Source of the DNA: Polymyxa betae A26-41
Lineage: Eukaryota > Protista > Endomyxa: Phytomyxea
Assembly (NCBI GenBank): GCA_003693705.1
Contig: RBZT01000419.1
Span: 124,001-188,000 of the forward strand
Reading direction: 5' to 3'
Length of the DNA stretch: 64,000 nt
Position numbers and translations under genes: made by a program
Shown here: positions 49,243 to 61,085 of the stretch, one piece after another
Layout of the letters: every line of letters starts with the position of its first letter
Numbering within the stretch: position 1 is the stretch's first letter
The notes under the pieces: model-generated
Databases searched by the model: none
What the model was told of the DNA's origin: nothing
The model's input: the letters and a program-made list of their open reading frames with translations, nothing else

Positions 49243-50650
49243 TCAGTAAGGGACACCAAGCGAAACTGTTATAAGAGACTCCAAGAATGAATCAAGGCAA
49301 TATTTTCTGATTGCCTCCATAAACAAGATCATGGTGAATGCAACAGGCAAAGGTTTGATATCCAGTTGAAAAATAGGACACATCATTATCGTAACCACAA
49401 TAGCGAAGAATCCAGTCAGCGTGGCTGAAGCGAGACCCACCACCGATGCCTCGGGAATTGATATCAGCAATCCATACCAGAGAAAGTCGAACATTCTCAT
49501 CTCAATATCACCTGCCTGAATTTTCCAAACATTCAGCCAAGAGCGAAAAAAGAAACAAGAGATACCTGATATGAAAGACGAGGGATCCATTCAGCAGGGA
49601 CAGATAAAACAGGGCGATCATGCTGAGGATCGACATGACGATTATCATCCTCTAAATCAGATCAATGAATTTGAAGCACAAAAGAGAAACTTATCCCAAC
49701 CATGTTGGATGTGCATAAGGGGGTTATGCAACTCCAAATCGAGGCCCTCAGGATGATCTTCATTCCTTCTGTACACGAGCAATGGAACAATAACATTGCG
49801 TTGCCGAGAAAACTGAGCATATAGATCGAAAAAAATAGGAACCGTTAATAGAATGATAATCAATGCCGAGTTTAAGGTGAGTAGCACCACAATTGCCATC
49901 ATACAGTTCAAAGAAAACTTTATGGAAGTGAGAAACTGACATAACAAACTAAGTACATACCATACTGAATCTTCGAAGATTGGGTGGTACACCACGAAAA
50001 TACAGCCCTACGATGTTCAGAGCGGCGAAATTATAGGATATAATCCCCAAAGAAATCAGATCGAAGACGGCACCAAGACGTTCAATAATCAGGCTCAAGG
50101 AGACAATGGCCCCGAAAACAAAAATCATGAAAAAATCCACAACCAGAATCTTTCGAAACAGACTCAGGCATTGCTCTCTAACGGAATATAAGAACGAGAA
50201 TGAAACACAGACTAGACCTGGATAGGACTCACCTATATCTGCGAAGACAAATGTGGACAATACAGAACGTTGCAAAGAAGCAGATGGCTAATATAAGAAG
50301 CTGTTGGGTCTCAACTGAATCATCTCGTGATTGTGATAAGGAGGCAGCTGTGGTTTGTGTTGATGTGATTTCCGAAACGATAACTAAGAAATTCGTTATA
50401 AAGCAGATGGGAAACAGAAGGTATTACCGTTGAGAGTTCTTGCAAAGTACGACAAAATTGTCATCATCGCTGCGATCGGATAGAGGACCATAAAGGCATT
50501 GCTCCAGAGTGCAATGCAGGTCTCAAGTAAAACCTGAGGTCATCCAATCACCAATGAGCACAGAAATAACAAAATATAAAGGATACTTGGCCTTCAGGTC
50601 CCTTCACAATGCTTTCTTGATCGGCCCATATTCGCAGATTGCTCGCATGA
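49243..50650 (-). CDS. Divergent presenilin-like polytopic membrane protein, multi-exon; start uncertain
   Basis: Presenilin TM order: DLISLGIISYNFAAL (TM4-like), IFFDLYA (YD site), hydrophilic loop, EMRMFDFLWYGLL (GLGDF.FY..L site), DIKPLPVAF (PALP site). Confidence 0.7.
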
Positions 50651-50872
50651 CGAGCGACTAAAATACTGCAACGTCAACCAATCTTCATCAGCTATGTAAG
50701 CTCGAAGCCAACAAAAATAGAGCTATCTACCGCTTAAAGTCACTTAATGCTGGATCTATTAAACATTCATTCAGACTAGGCTCAGCCAATCTTTCATATT
50801 TAAGAGATTGATGAAGATTTTTGCGGTCCAACAACTAAGAAGCTTGTTAAAGTGTTGATCACCCCGTAATCT

Positions 50873-52158
50873 TTAACAAACCTCGCCCGGAACCCTATCT
50901 GGGTCGTTGAGAAAATTGTGAACTGCTTCCGGATCCGATGAAGTCCAGTTCTTAACATTTCTTAATAATTTGCGGTCATGACAAACTCGACAATGCATGA
51001 TATCAGCCATTGAAAAGGCAGCGAAAATCCCCGAACAGTTAGAACATTGACCGAAATCTCCTACAGCCCGGCTTAAAATGTCATCATTAAAAAGCAAAAG
51101 GGAGTAATACCGCCAATAAGGTTCTCTTCAAGGTCTGAATGTGTTACGCACGAATAAAGGACACGTGCTGGAAGGTTCCCATGAACATTCAAATTCAAGT
51201 TCCTGTATGAGGTTACAGATCCAAACCAGAATAAACAATAAGCCTACGACATACGAGTAAATTATATGTCCAGAGATGGGACCCCAACAAGCCCTCGCGT
51301 GAAAATTAGATTCCTGAGCCAGTCGACATGGGTATGGGTTCCCATTTTCGTCTAATCCAGTCACTGAGGACCATTGTAATTGCAGTAGACCCTAAAAATA
51401 ATGAGCAAAAACATTCCAATGCAGTACAAGCGTTGCAACAAACAAGGTCTAAATGGGCTTTGATCTCTCTCAGCCTTTTAACAATCTCTCGAACTGCAGA
51501 TACAGGGTAGCACCCATATAATTCCAGCATTTTCAGTCGATCTAACTTGAGGACTAAATCCTGCAAAGAAAGAAAATTGTCGGGCCTCTCTAATGAGAGC
51601 TGCCTGCATCGAAGCAGACTAAGATTATTTAACTGGCGACACGAGGATGTTATAGAGCGTAAACAAGATATATCCAAAGCACGACAATCGTCCAATCGAA
51701 GGGTCCGCAACAAGGAAAATCGGCGATTCGCAATTAACTGGCTAAGAAGGCATGGGCTGACTAAATCCCATTTTAGAACCAATAGAAAGATTAACTGGGT
51801 GGAAAATGGGACCTTTATATCGGAATCCATACAGATCAAGTTTGTTCCACATATAGGGGGAATATATTACATTTTTCCAAGAAGATCGTACTTGGCAAAC
51901 ACGGGACAATTCAAACACTTCCAGAAAGGAAAAGATCTATCCACAGTTACATTTAGACCGAAATCAATGACAAAGCAGACTGACATGCCAAAATATATCC
52001 TCAGGAAGAGCTGATTGGAAGCCGAGCGAGATATAAAGCCCATGTTCGAAATCATCAATAGGAACGACACAAGTGCCCATCTGGGTGTCCTGAGGGTTCA
52101 TTGAGAGTAGATAGGTTGATTCTGGATGATTTCGATCTACTGAATGACGGCTGCCCAT
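50873..52158 (-). CDS. F-box/leucine-rich-repeat protein with Cys-rich C-terminus, multi-exon
   Basis: F-box LPEDIFWH|IFSFLEVFELSRVCQV; LRRs LRTLRLDDCRAL, LNNLSLLRC, LKMLELYGC. Confidence 0.8.
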
Positions 52159-52380
52159 GCAAAACCCAGATAGACAATAAGATTAGATGTGGCATGCAGG
52201 CGCAGTGCAGTAGTGGGTCTCTTATCAGTTCAAAAGTGGGTTGCAGACTTGCTGTCCGTGAATCTACAGTATTCTAACTATAAACGTTCGAGTAACTATT
52301 TACGGGCAGATATAAGTATTGTGACAAGCGTCTGCTGGATACAAAAAATACTTTTTTAGGGAAATATATATGTATGAATG

Positions 52381-54450
52381 TCATTGGGGCAAAGCCATAC
52401 ATTGAAGTAGGGGCACGACATTGCCCACAGCATCTTCTACTCTGAATCTGGCCTCAAAGACATCAACTTCGATGTCAGCACAAAGTACAGTAATGTCTTC
52501 ATCGTATTCATCGCTTGATGAACAAATTTGTCGTGCAATTTCGATGCTGGAAGATATAATCAACTTGGATTTTTGTTGGAAAATAATGAGAAATCTTCTC
52601 AAAACACTCGCAAAACCCAGAGCACTTTTAGAATCGACATTCAGTTGCTGTACAGAGTGCAACAAAAAATGAATAGTCCTTGCAGCCAAAATGGCAGCTG
52701 TCCTTCTGCAATATACTTGGATCTGATCGAATAGGGCAAACATATCAGGCTGTGGGTTGTTTTGAGCATAAACCTTGAGAACAACAACGTGCCAATTTAG
52801 AACTTCTCCTATTAACTTTTCGATATTGGAGACCATAGAACAACTGATGGCCTGTTTACTTTCACCTTGACGAATTATAGTGCCGATCTCATCAACTGTA
52901 TCTAATAAACTGGAATCGTAAAGAGCAACATTTCTTTCAAGATAAATCGATCTTTCACGGCCAATTTGTTCCAGCTGGTCAGCTACTTCAGCACCACCGT
53001 AAAGATTAAATAAGGCATCGAAATCAGCTGATGAACATTCTTCTTCAGAATCAGGAAGTCGGGGATAACTGGCAAAAAACTGGGTCATTTCAGCACAAGG
53101 ATGGTGTTCGACATCCTCTGGATGCTGACTTGGTCTTAGGGTCATTTCTTCTTGATGAAAGATCTCGACTTCAGAGTCGTCTCCCTCTTCTGGAGATTCT
53201 CTATCAGATGCAGACAGCATTTGTGCAGACGAAAACATTTCATTGAGTGTATGCGGCGATGAAGGAGGAGAAAGCGAAACAGGTTTTCTTCCAGGTAAAT
53301 CGTTGAATACAGATTCTTGTGGTACGCTGATGTTCGGTACGATACTTTTGGCTTTATCAAGCACTTCTGAAGTTAAGACACCACTAGCCTGCAACAACTC
53401 TTGGCCTGATTGAGCTGCTGTAATTCGAACACCCTCGAATACATCCTGAAGCCAGCCTGTACTCACATTCTCATTCCGCGTTGAAGACGGGGACAAAACC
53501 GGTGACAATCTGTTGCTATAGCTGCTATGAAAAGACTTATTGGAAGGCGGATGTTTCTCGTCAGCCTCCCATTCATCATTCCAGGACGCTGAGTCCATTG
53601 GAATATGGGGGATTTGATGTAGTGTACCGGGCGCACTCGGGTGGAAAGCAGCTGGCGAGGAGGATCTGGACACAGAATGAGAGAGAACATGTGGTAAAAT
53701 TTGGCCTGTATGTGGGCTATGCATTTGTGATGATTGCGAGTCAAAAGATTGAACTTGAACAGAGTTTGATGGGATTTTGGTACTTTGAGCCTGGGTATGA
53801 TGATCTTGAAACAATTCAAAGAAATCTTGTTCAGTACGAAACGAAGTTTGCGGCGAGCTGACAGGAGCATCTGCAGATGAATTAGATAGCACGCCTGGCT
53901 TTTTCACAAGAGCCTCAGTGGCAACTTGAATCAGCTCACGTCCTGACTGACCAGCTGAGGCTTTCACGTTTTCCAAAACAGATCCAAGCGATTCAAACCA
54001 TTTAGATCTCGATCCGCTACGAGTCCTATTCCTATTAGGAGAAAGCTGCTGACTTTCAGAGAGCTGTAGAGAAGCCTGTTGCCCTTGCTGACCATCTTCG
54101 GGCATTAGGATAAGATCAGCAGCCGATGAGGTAACCTTAGCAGCGAACGAACCCCAACCCCATCCTTCCGATAATGTATCATCTGGAGATAAAACCCTAT
54201 GGTCTGTAATGCGGGATTCAAGGGATGATACAGACTTAGCATTATCCACAAATAAATTCAAAGCTGCAGAATGTGGGATATCTGATATAGGACTAGGCAA
54301 TTCAATAGATGGCAAATCGGGTGGATTTGCATCAGAGCCAAGCTCTTCCAAATTGACGTATTCAGTTCGAGGGTCAGGGACAGGTTCAGACACAGCCTTA
54401 ATCTCTTCAGCTTCTTGATCACTCCAGAAATCGTCATCCCAATTGGACAT
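52381..54450 (-). CDS. Single-exon ~690-aa Ser-rich protein, FAM114A/DUF719-like
   Basis: Uninterrupted ORF; GWGWGSFAAKV and DFDALFNLYGGAEVADQLEQI resemble FAM114-family motifs. Confidence 0.6.
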   Translation of the reverse strand: MSNWDDDFWSDQEAEEIKAVSEPVPDPRTEYVNLEELGSDANPPDLPSIELPSPISDIPHSAALNLFVDNAKSVSSLESRITDHRVLSPDDTLSEGWGWGSFAAKVTSSAADLILMPEDGQQGQQASLQLSESQQLSPNRNRTRSGSRSKWFESLGSVLENVKASAGQSGRELIQVATEALVKKPGVLSNSSADAPVSSPQTSFRTEQDFFELFQDHHTQAQSTKIPSNSVQVQSFDSQSSQMHSPHTGQILPHVLSHSVSRSSSPAAFHPSAPGTLHQIPHIPMDSASWNDEWEADEKHPPSNKSFHSSYSNRLSPVLSPSSTRNENVSTGWLQDVFEGVRITAAQSGQELLQASGVLTSEVLDKAKSIVPNISVPQESVFNDLPGRKPVSLSPPSSPHTLNEMFSSAQMLSASDRESPEEGDDSEVEIFHQEEMTLRPSQHPEDVEHHPCAEMTQFFASYPRLPDSEEECSSADFDALFNLYGGAEVADQLEQIGRERSIYLERNVALYDSSLLDTVDEIGTIIRQGESKQAISCSMVSNIEKLIGEVLNWHVVVLKVYAQNNPQPDMFALFDQIQVYCRRTAAILAARTIHFLLHSVQQLNVDSKSALGFASVLRRFLIIFQQKSKLIISSSIEIARQICSSSDEYDEDITVLCADIEVDVFEARFRVEDAVGNVVPLLQCMALPQ

Positions 54451-54841
54451 AGTATATAGCGTAATCCAATCCAATCAGTGGCGAAATGTTCTAATCGAGC
54501 ACAAAAACGAAAAATGGGCTCTTTCCTGTACAGGCGTCAGCAAAGCATGATGAGCCAGAAACAATAAGCAGATGTGATTCACCAAATGCTGTTTGTGAGA
54601 AGGGTGGGCTGCGCAAACCTGTAGTATTGCAAATGCAGTGCCTTGCTGAATAATCATTATCAGCGATTTACGATTTACGTCGAATTGAATTCATACCAAT
54701 TCAGTTACTAATACCAACATTTTTTCGAGTTTCAAAATCTTACGTTTAATTCTGTTTTTATCGTATGTTTGCCTAAGTAATTCAAGAGTTCCGTCGTTCT
54801 TATCAGAGAACGGCTGGCTAATCCATGTGATAATCTTGCGA

Positions 54842-56737
54842 ATGAGGATAATGATCCGGATTGCAATTAAACAAATGGGTATGCATTTGTAATTATTGCA
54901 ATTATGTGGACTTAGTGATTCTAAGGAGAACTAACATGATAATCATCGCTCTTATTTTTCAATGTGATTTTGGATTGCGCCTGTTCATATACATATGTTA
55001 ACCTGGCTTTCTCTTCTAATAGGTCAACAGATCCTATCCCGATCTGCTACATTCGTCCTCAATGTCGCCATTACTCGTTATCTCAAAGTCGAGCAGTTTG
55101 GTGCCACAATGATTTTGTCTCTTCTTGAATCCACTGTTTGTACTTATTCGATTATATTCGGATCCCTCTGATTTAGGATGCAAAGGTGCTTTTTATCTGT
55201 AGAGAGCCGCTTCGTCGTATTGTGATTCGTAGCGGAACGCCTGAACATGTCCAATCTTGTATCAATTCTGCATGGATGATATCTCTACCAGGTTCGCTCT
55301 TATTCACAATAACTATTCTTTATTATCGGTCAGCTGACCTCACTAATGATATGTTTTCTTGTCTCGTGCTGTACTGTCTGGGGATTATTGTCGACTTGAT
55401 GACAGAACCCTTTTATTTGAGTACAACTGCCTCTGGCCGTATTCCATCCCGAGTTGCAATTGAATCTCTTAGTGGCATATTGAGGATTGTAATTACTTTC
55501 ATATTACTGATGCCTCCACTATCCTTTGGCTTATCTGCATATGCATGGGCTCTATTAGGCTATGCTATCGCTAAATTAATGTTGTTTTCAATGGATTTTC
55601 GAAAATGGTCGTCTGCACTACCACTACCTGTTCGCTTAAAAAGTGGGTTGTGGATTGAAAGATCAGCATCAGACCTTGGAGGCAAATTTGCTTTGCAATC
55701 AATCGAGAAATATCTCCTGACGGAAGGCGAGAGCCTTGCATTGGTCATGATTGGCAGAGATTTGCATGCGCAAGGTCATTAATTGCTGCCAGGAAATCAG
55801 TTCTAATCCAAACACAGGCGTTTATGCAATGGTTCAGAATTTAGGTTCCTTAATTGCAAGGTTCATATTTCAGCCGGTAGAAGAGATAGCATCGCTCTAT
55901 TTTTCTTCCAAGGTTTGAGGCCATGAATATTTTAACAATGTTGTTTTAAAATATCAGAAATAGGATCATAAATCCATTTCTGAACTTCACTCTGCAATCT
56001 CAACCTTGATGAAACTCATGCTTTTAATTGGTCTTCTGGGAATTTCATTCGGCCCGTTCTATTCGTTCTCGGCTATTCACTTACTGTATGGATCAGCATG
56101 GAGTTTGAAAACCGATGTAGCATATGTCTTATCGCTCTACTGCTTCTACGTTCTCTTCATGGCTCTCAACGGAGTTACTGAAGCATTCCTATTATCAACT
56201 ATATCCTCCGATCAGTTAAACACGTATAATTTGGTTCTAATTCCTTTCTCTTGTAGGTTTTTGCTATTCTAATTTTCGAAAGACTGAAATGTAATTATCG
56301 GTAGTGCTTCATGTACTTTTATCTTCCTTACTTGTTCCTTTTGGCAACCAGGGATTGATTTTTGCAAATTGCGTCTCCATGGCACTTCGCACAACATATA
56401 GTTTTTATTTTATGACTAATTATTTCAACACGAGTTGGAAAGATCTGCTCTGGGCAAATTTACCTCATAAAATGGTCGTTTCGGTGCTTGTGCTAACCTC
56501 TTTTTTGCTGAACAGAAGCCAGATCTTTTTACAGGTACGTTGCTTAAAACCAAACTATTGCTATTGATAATCTATTGCAAGATTTGCACGGAACCCTCTC
56601 ATACGTCGCTCGCCGCACACGCCTTAATCGGATGTTTTTGCTTGGTCATTCTATGTTTAACCATTTTCATCTATGAGAAACAGTTTCTTATAGATCTTAT
56701 TGGTCTCGTGAGAGAAAGAAAATTGGCAACTGAGTAA
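54842..56737 (+). CDS. RFT1: RFT1, Man5GlcNAc2-PP-dolichol translocation-associated protein, multi-exon
   Basis: QILSRSATFVLN; LFICREPLRR; KYLLTEGE; GVYAMVQNLGSLIARFIFQPVEE; YCFYVLFMALNGVTEAF; GLIFANC. Confidence 0.93.
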
Positions 56738-56787
56738 ATCCATAATAATCAAAAGATTGTAAATATCGTGTCAACTTTTCAAAATAA

Positions 56788-58010
56788 ATGAGCAACACGG
56801 AGACCTTTGAGGTTACAGACTTGCAGTCCGTGCCGGTGTTAAATATCGTCTTTGTTTCAAGTCTCTTTACTTCTCTATCCATCCATGATCTTGCAGCAAA
56901 CCTTTCATCTTATCTAATGTTCTTAATTCCATCGATTCAGTATCAGGACCTAGCATTCAATTTCACATATTTACGGCAGCAAATCGTCTCCACTGGACAT
57001 GCGGTCACTCACGTAATTCTATACTTTTGAGTTTGCTGTCAAATTAATTTGTATCTGCAGAATTTGGCACCATATGGTGCTCAAATTAAGCAGTTTTTGG
57101 ATGAATATGCAGTTCCCTTATTCCAATTTAATGCTGATTCTCAGACTTTCGGTCTGTTAGCTGCTATTGCTGTGGGATTAATTCTTGCAGCAACATCTAG
57201 ACGGTTGGCATCGCGTCGAAATCGTCACCAAGGTGATAAGAATGCTGTGTTGGAAGAAACAAAACCCTCGGTGTGCAGCGATTCAGATATCTTAAAAACC
57301 CTATGCAATGAAATATGCCATCTACCTGCTGTGAAGGTTAAATACCGTTTTCAGAAATGTCGGCTTCCTTATTAACCATCCTGAACTAGCATGATAGGAA
57401 GCTCTCTAGTATACTTACTCAGGCAATTTTGTCTTTCAAGTCAGCTAGAAATGAGCCCGAGATGGAAGCTCGGAAAGAACAGTTCGGCAAGATCTCTGAA
57501 AGGCATGAAAAAATGGAATATGTTATTACTCAGTCTGTTAAAGGTATGATACATTTCAAAAGTATTTTTGTAATCGATTGATCATCTTCAAAGAGATTGA
57601 GTTCTTAAACTCCGAGGTTGCAAGGTTGATGTCGGATCTGGAATCCTTAGAAGCATTGAGGGACGAAAATACGAAACTTCGTCGTAAATGCAATCAGTTG
57701 TTAGGTGAAGTTGCTGAACTAAGGAAAAAGTTAGCAACAGCATCTCAGATCGTCAGTAATGAGGATGAAATCAGGGATCTGGAATTTCAGTTACTGTAAG
57801 TTTCTGGGTTATCATCCTGTTCCCATATCTAACAACTGATTTCCTAGCTATGGCAATACTGAAAAAGACAAGTTGATAGCATCGCTGCAAAAAGAATTAT
57901 CTGAAAAGGACAAGATTTTACGAGACGGTGCGGTTAGAAGCGGATCGTCTGCTGAGGAGTCCATAAACAAATGGCTGTTTGAGGATTGTGATACAGAATA
58001 CGCGTTGTGA
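56788..58010 (+). CDS. Hypothetical protein with one TM and C-terminal coiled coil, multi-exon
   Basis: TFGLLAAIAVGLILAA TM; heptad-rich EIEFLNSEVARLMSDLESLEALRDEN; short introns link the frames. Confidence 0.55.
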
Positions 58011-58182
58011 TTGTTTCATCGAATAAATATGAATATGCTGAGCTGAGCGCCTTGCTAAAACTCTATGCACAATGACAGATTTATGTAAAAAATTGTGCGA
58101 CTGCAGGAGGAGTGGTTGTTACATGATTTTGCTGTCTGTGTCTAATATTATTGCAGACTGAGGGACACCATCATATATCTCT

Positions 58183-58866
58183 ATGTCGTTCTCTCTCGCC
58201 GATAGCACGTTCGGCGCTGCATCAGGGCCTGAGCCCACCTTCTCCGAGCGCTTGCTTGGCGAACTTTCCAGAAAGTTCCAGAGGTATTCTCTTCACAATT
58301 CTGCCCTTTACCGCTTCTTAAAATGATGAAGGTATTTGGACGCGTCGGTTCCACATACAGGTGCTCGATGGATAACGTTTGCAGTCTGTTTCTTTACCAT
58401 TGCTGCTCGTATCTTCTTTCTGCAGGGATTTTACATTGTTGCATATGCATACGGAATTTACCTCCTACATCTGTTTATCGGGTTTCTGTCACCTCAAGAT
58501 GATCCAGATTTAGATTCCGATGGACTAGCTCTACCAACCTGGGACACAGATGAATTCAAACCTTTCGTAAGGCGTCTACCTGAATTCAAATTCTGGTACG
58601 CAGCGTTCAAAGCTTCGGTTCTTTCGCTGTTATGTACATTCTTCACTTTCTGTGATATTGTAAGCGGTTTTTGCTGAGGTTTTGCTGGATTATTTCTAAC
58701 TCTTTCGTAGCCGGTGTTCTGGCCGATCCTGTTAATGTATTTTATCGCATTGGTGTTTCTTACAATGAAAAGGCAAATTAAGCATATGATTAAGCACAAG
58801 TATGTGCCTTTTTCTATCGGCAAGAAAAAATTTGGAACTTCCCAGTCTCGAAGTGGATCCCGATAA
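58183..58866 (+). CDS. RER1: RER1 Golgi-to-ER retrieval receptor, 3 exons
   Basis: YLDAS; [24 protein letters not shown]; [16 protein letters not shown]; PVFWPILL; [17 protein letters not shown]. Confidence 0.97.
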
Positions 58867-59074
58867 TTTCTTATTCGTAATAAAAATAACTCCAACGATG
58901 TCAATAAAGACGTTTTTATTACATTGTCTAGCACTCCTGAACTGACGAAATTGCATCTGTTGACATGTCCTGGATGAAGTCATGTTGTTGACATCGATGT
59001 TCGGCTTGTATCACAAGCTAGAAGCCATCCGTAGTTTTCTGAACAGTTAATGGCCATTCCTAATGATGTTCAGT

Positions 59075-59582
59075 AGGGGGTATCAAAGTTAGGTTAAGAA
59101 TCGATTCTCCGGGGGTCGGCGGGATAATCGATTCTCCGGGAGGGGGTATCAAAGTTGAACAGTTGGAATGGCCGTTTTTCCTTCTAACAAGTCAAAATTT
59201 CAAGTATTTCGATGCAATAAACCATTGCAAGAAATTCCTTCTTGCTGGAACGGCGACTTTCATCGTTACCGTCATCTGCATTATAGGTCGTAAAATTGGG
59301 CATTGTCTTAGCAGAAGGGCGGCGTGCAGGCGTACGCGTCTGGGGTGCAGGCGTCCTCATTCGTTTTTTGAAAACTGTTATGCAGAACAGAGAAAATTAT
59401 TTATTCCAAGTCGAGGGGTGATTTAATACGACGAATTATAACACGCAAAATTAGCTCCGTGATTCTCCCGTGATAATCGATTCTCCCGTAAGAATCAGGA
59501 AAATCGACGATTCTCGTTTAATAATCCACCCCCGGAGAATCGATTCTTAAAATGCGTGAAGATCCTAACTTTAATACCACCT
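59075..59582. mobile_element. MITE-like non-autonomous DNA transposon (~508 bp)
   Basis: 19-bp terminal inverted repeat (AGGGGGTATCAAAGTTAGG vs reverse complement AGGTGGTATTAAAGTTAGG, 2 mismatches); perfect 22-bp subterminal inverted repeat TTAAGAATCGATTCTCCGGGGG; several AATCGATTCTCC subterminal motifs; no credible coding. Confidence 0.8.
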
Positions 59583-60273
59583 TAGTAAAAGCCAGAACCA
59601 GAACGCATCATTATTGGTAGGCAGTTCCGTTCGGTGTACAGAATCTTGATTCGAATATTTGCCGATAGCTGACCATATGATTGTTAATTTTTAATGCCAT
59701 GAAATCGATCATAAAACAAGGACATTTTGACAATAATTGCCCATGCGATCCAGGTATTCCCCAGGACCCAGGTCCAATACTGGTCCAGTTACAACTTTCG
59801 GACGAACAGCAGAGACAGCAGCCAAATAGATTGGCATATCAATTACTCAACATATAATGGCATATAATAAGCTTTGGGAGGGATAATCAAATCAATATTC
59901 CACATTAGCAAAGAGCAGAGAAACCCTGGGAAAAGATTTCATTTGATAACTGCAACCACACTACCAAAATCGTACCTACCTTACCGAACGAGCTCTATTT
60001 GAGCATGATCGAACGACATCGATTGTGCAGGCCAATACAAACGGCTGCGATAAGATTTGATGAGCGATATACTAGCAACCAGCTAACTTAGGGACTGTTG
60101 TAGAAGAATAGTTGCAGCAAAGAGTCCCAAGACCCAAATTGCCTGCAGACAGAGAGATAATTAGTACATAAATATGTTTCATGTGTACATACATCTGTAA
60201 CATGTTATTATTATGTAAATTGTATTACTAATAGACAGACAACAACCACATGGGGATTCCATTTTCAGTATTT

Positions 60274-60761
60274 TCAGCTCCGATCAATCTCAACTTGAAT
60301 CATCTCGTTATTGTCGGTGCCAGATCCTGGAACCGGTGAAACTTTTTCCAGATCGATATGTTCCCTTTCGTCTCGACTTATTTCTCCTCTCCTGCTCTCT
60401 CCATCACGCTGATGTTGCCGTTCGATGCCGATTTGTATCATTCTGAAATCAGTATGATTTAGTTTTAAATAATGAAAGAAGAAATAATATCGACCGTTCT
60501 TCTTCCTCGATTTCACTCATATGTCGTTCATATGCATCAAGAACATACTGATAGCGAGAACTGGTGATACCCAGAAAATCAGCTGCTGTCTCACCGATAT
60601 AATCGACAGCTGCAAAGCAGGCTAATGTAAGGTCATGCAATTAGACAGGATAATGTGCTGCTATTGACCAGACCGGTTAAAAAGGCAGTGGCTGCCTTAA
60701 CGCCATAGCTGAAATACGATTCCTGCTCTTGTTCCGGTGACGTCTGACCTTCAGTCTGCAT
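60274..60761 (-). CDS. FAM177-family small protein, 3 exons
   Basis: FAAVDYIGETAADFLGITSSRYQYVLDAYER matches the FAM177 motif (CDFLGEK.A..LGI..PKYQY.IDEY). Confidence 0.75.
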
Positions 60762-61085
60762 CAGCTTAATGGAAATGATGTGAGGAATTGATCGCTGCCC
60801 GGCATTGCTAATGTCTCAGGCAGCGCCCAGATGTACAGTATTTTGTGATTCTTGTCACTCATGCCCAGCTTGATCACACGGTTTCATCGATAAAAGTACC
60901 ATTCTTTTGGGTTGTTACAACGACTTCAGACTTTCCGGAGCAGTCATCAGGAAAATGGAGCTTATTTATGCTGTTTTTAAAGACAGAGGTCCTAATCTTG
61001 ATGACAAGTGACAACTGAAGCTTTCAAATTGTCGGAGAGTTGGGCGGAACCTGGAGTCTTATCATTCTTGAGTAATATAATAATT

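Noticed and set aside
59163-59426. ORF inside the MITE as a transposase remnant
   Set aside because: Non-ATG start, 87 aa, no DDE or HTH features
59690-60260. Possible small spliced minus-strand gene (MPIYLAAVSAVRPKVVTGPVLDLGPGEY...)
   Set aside because: Could not assemble a consistent reading frame or recognise a family
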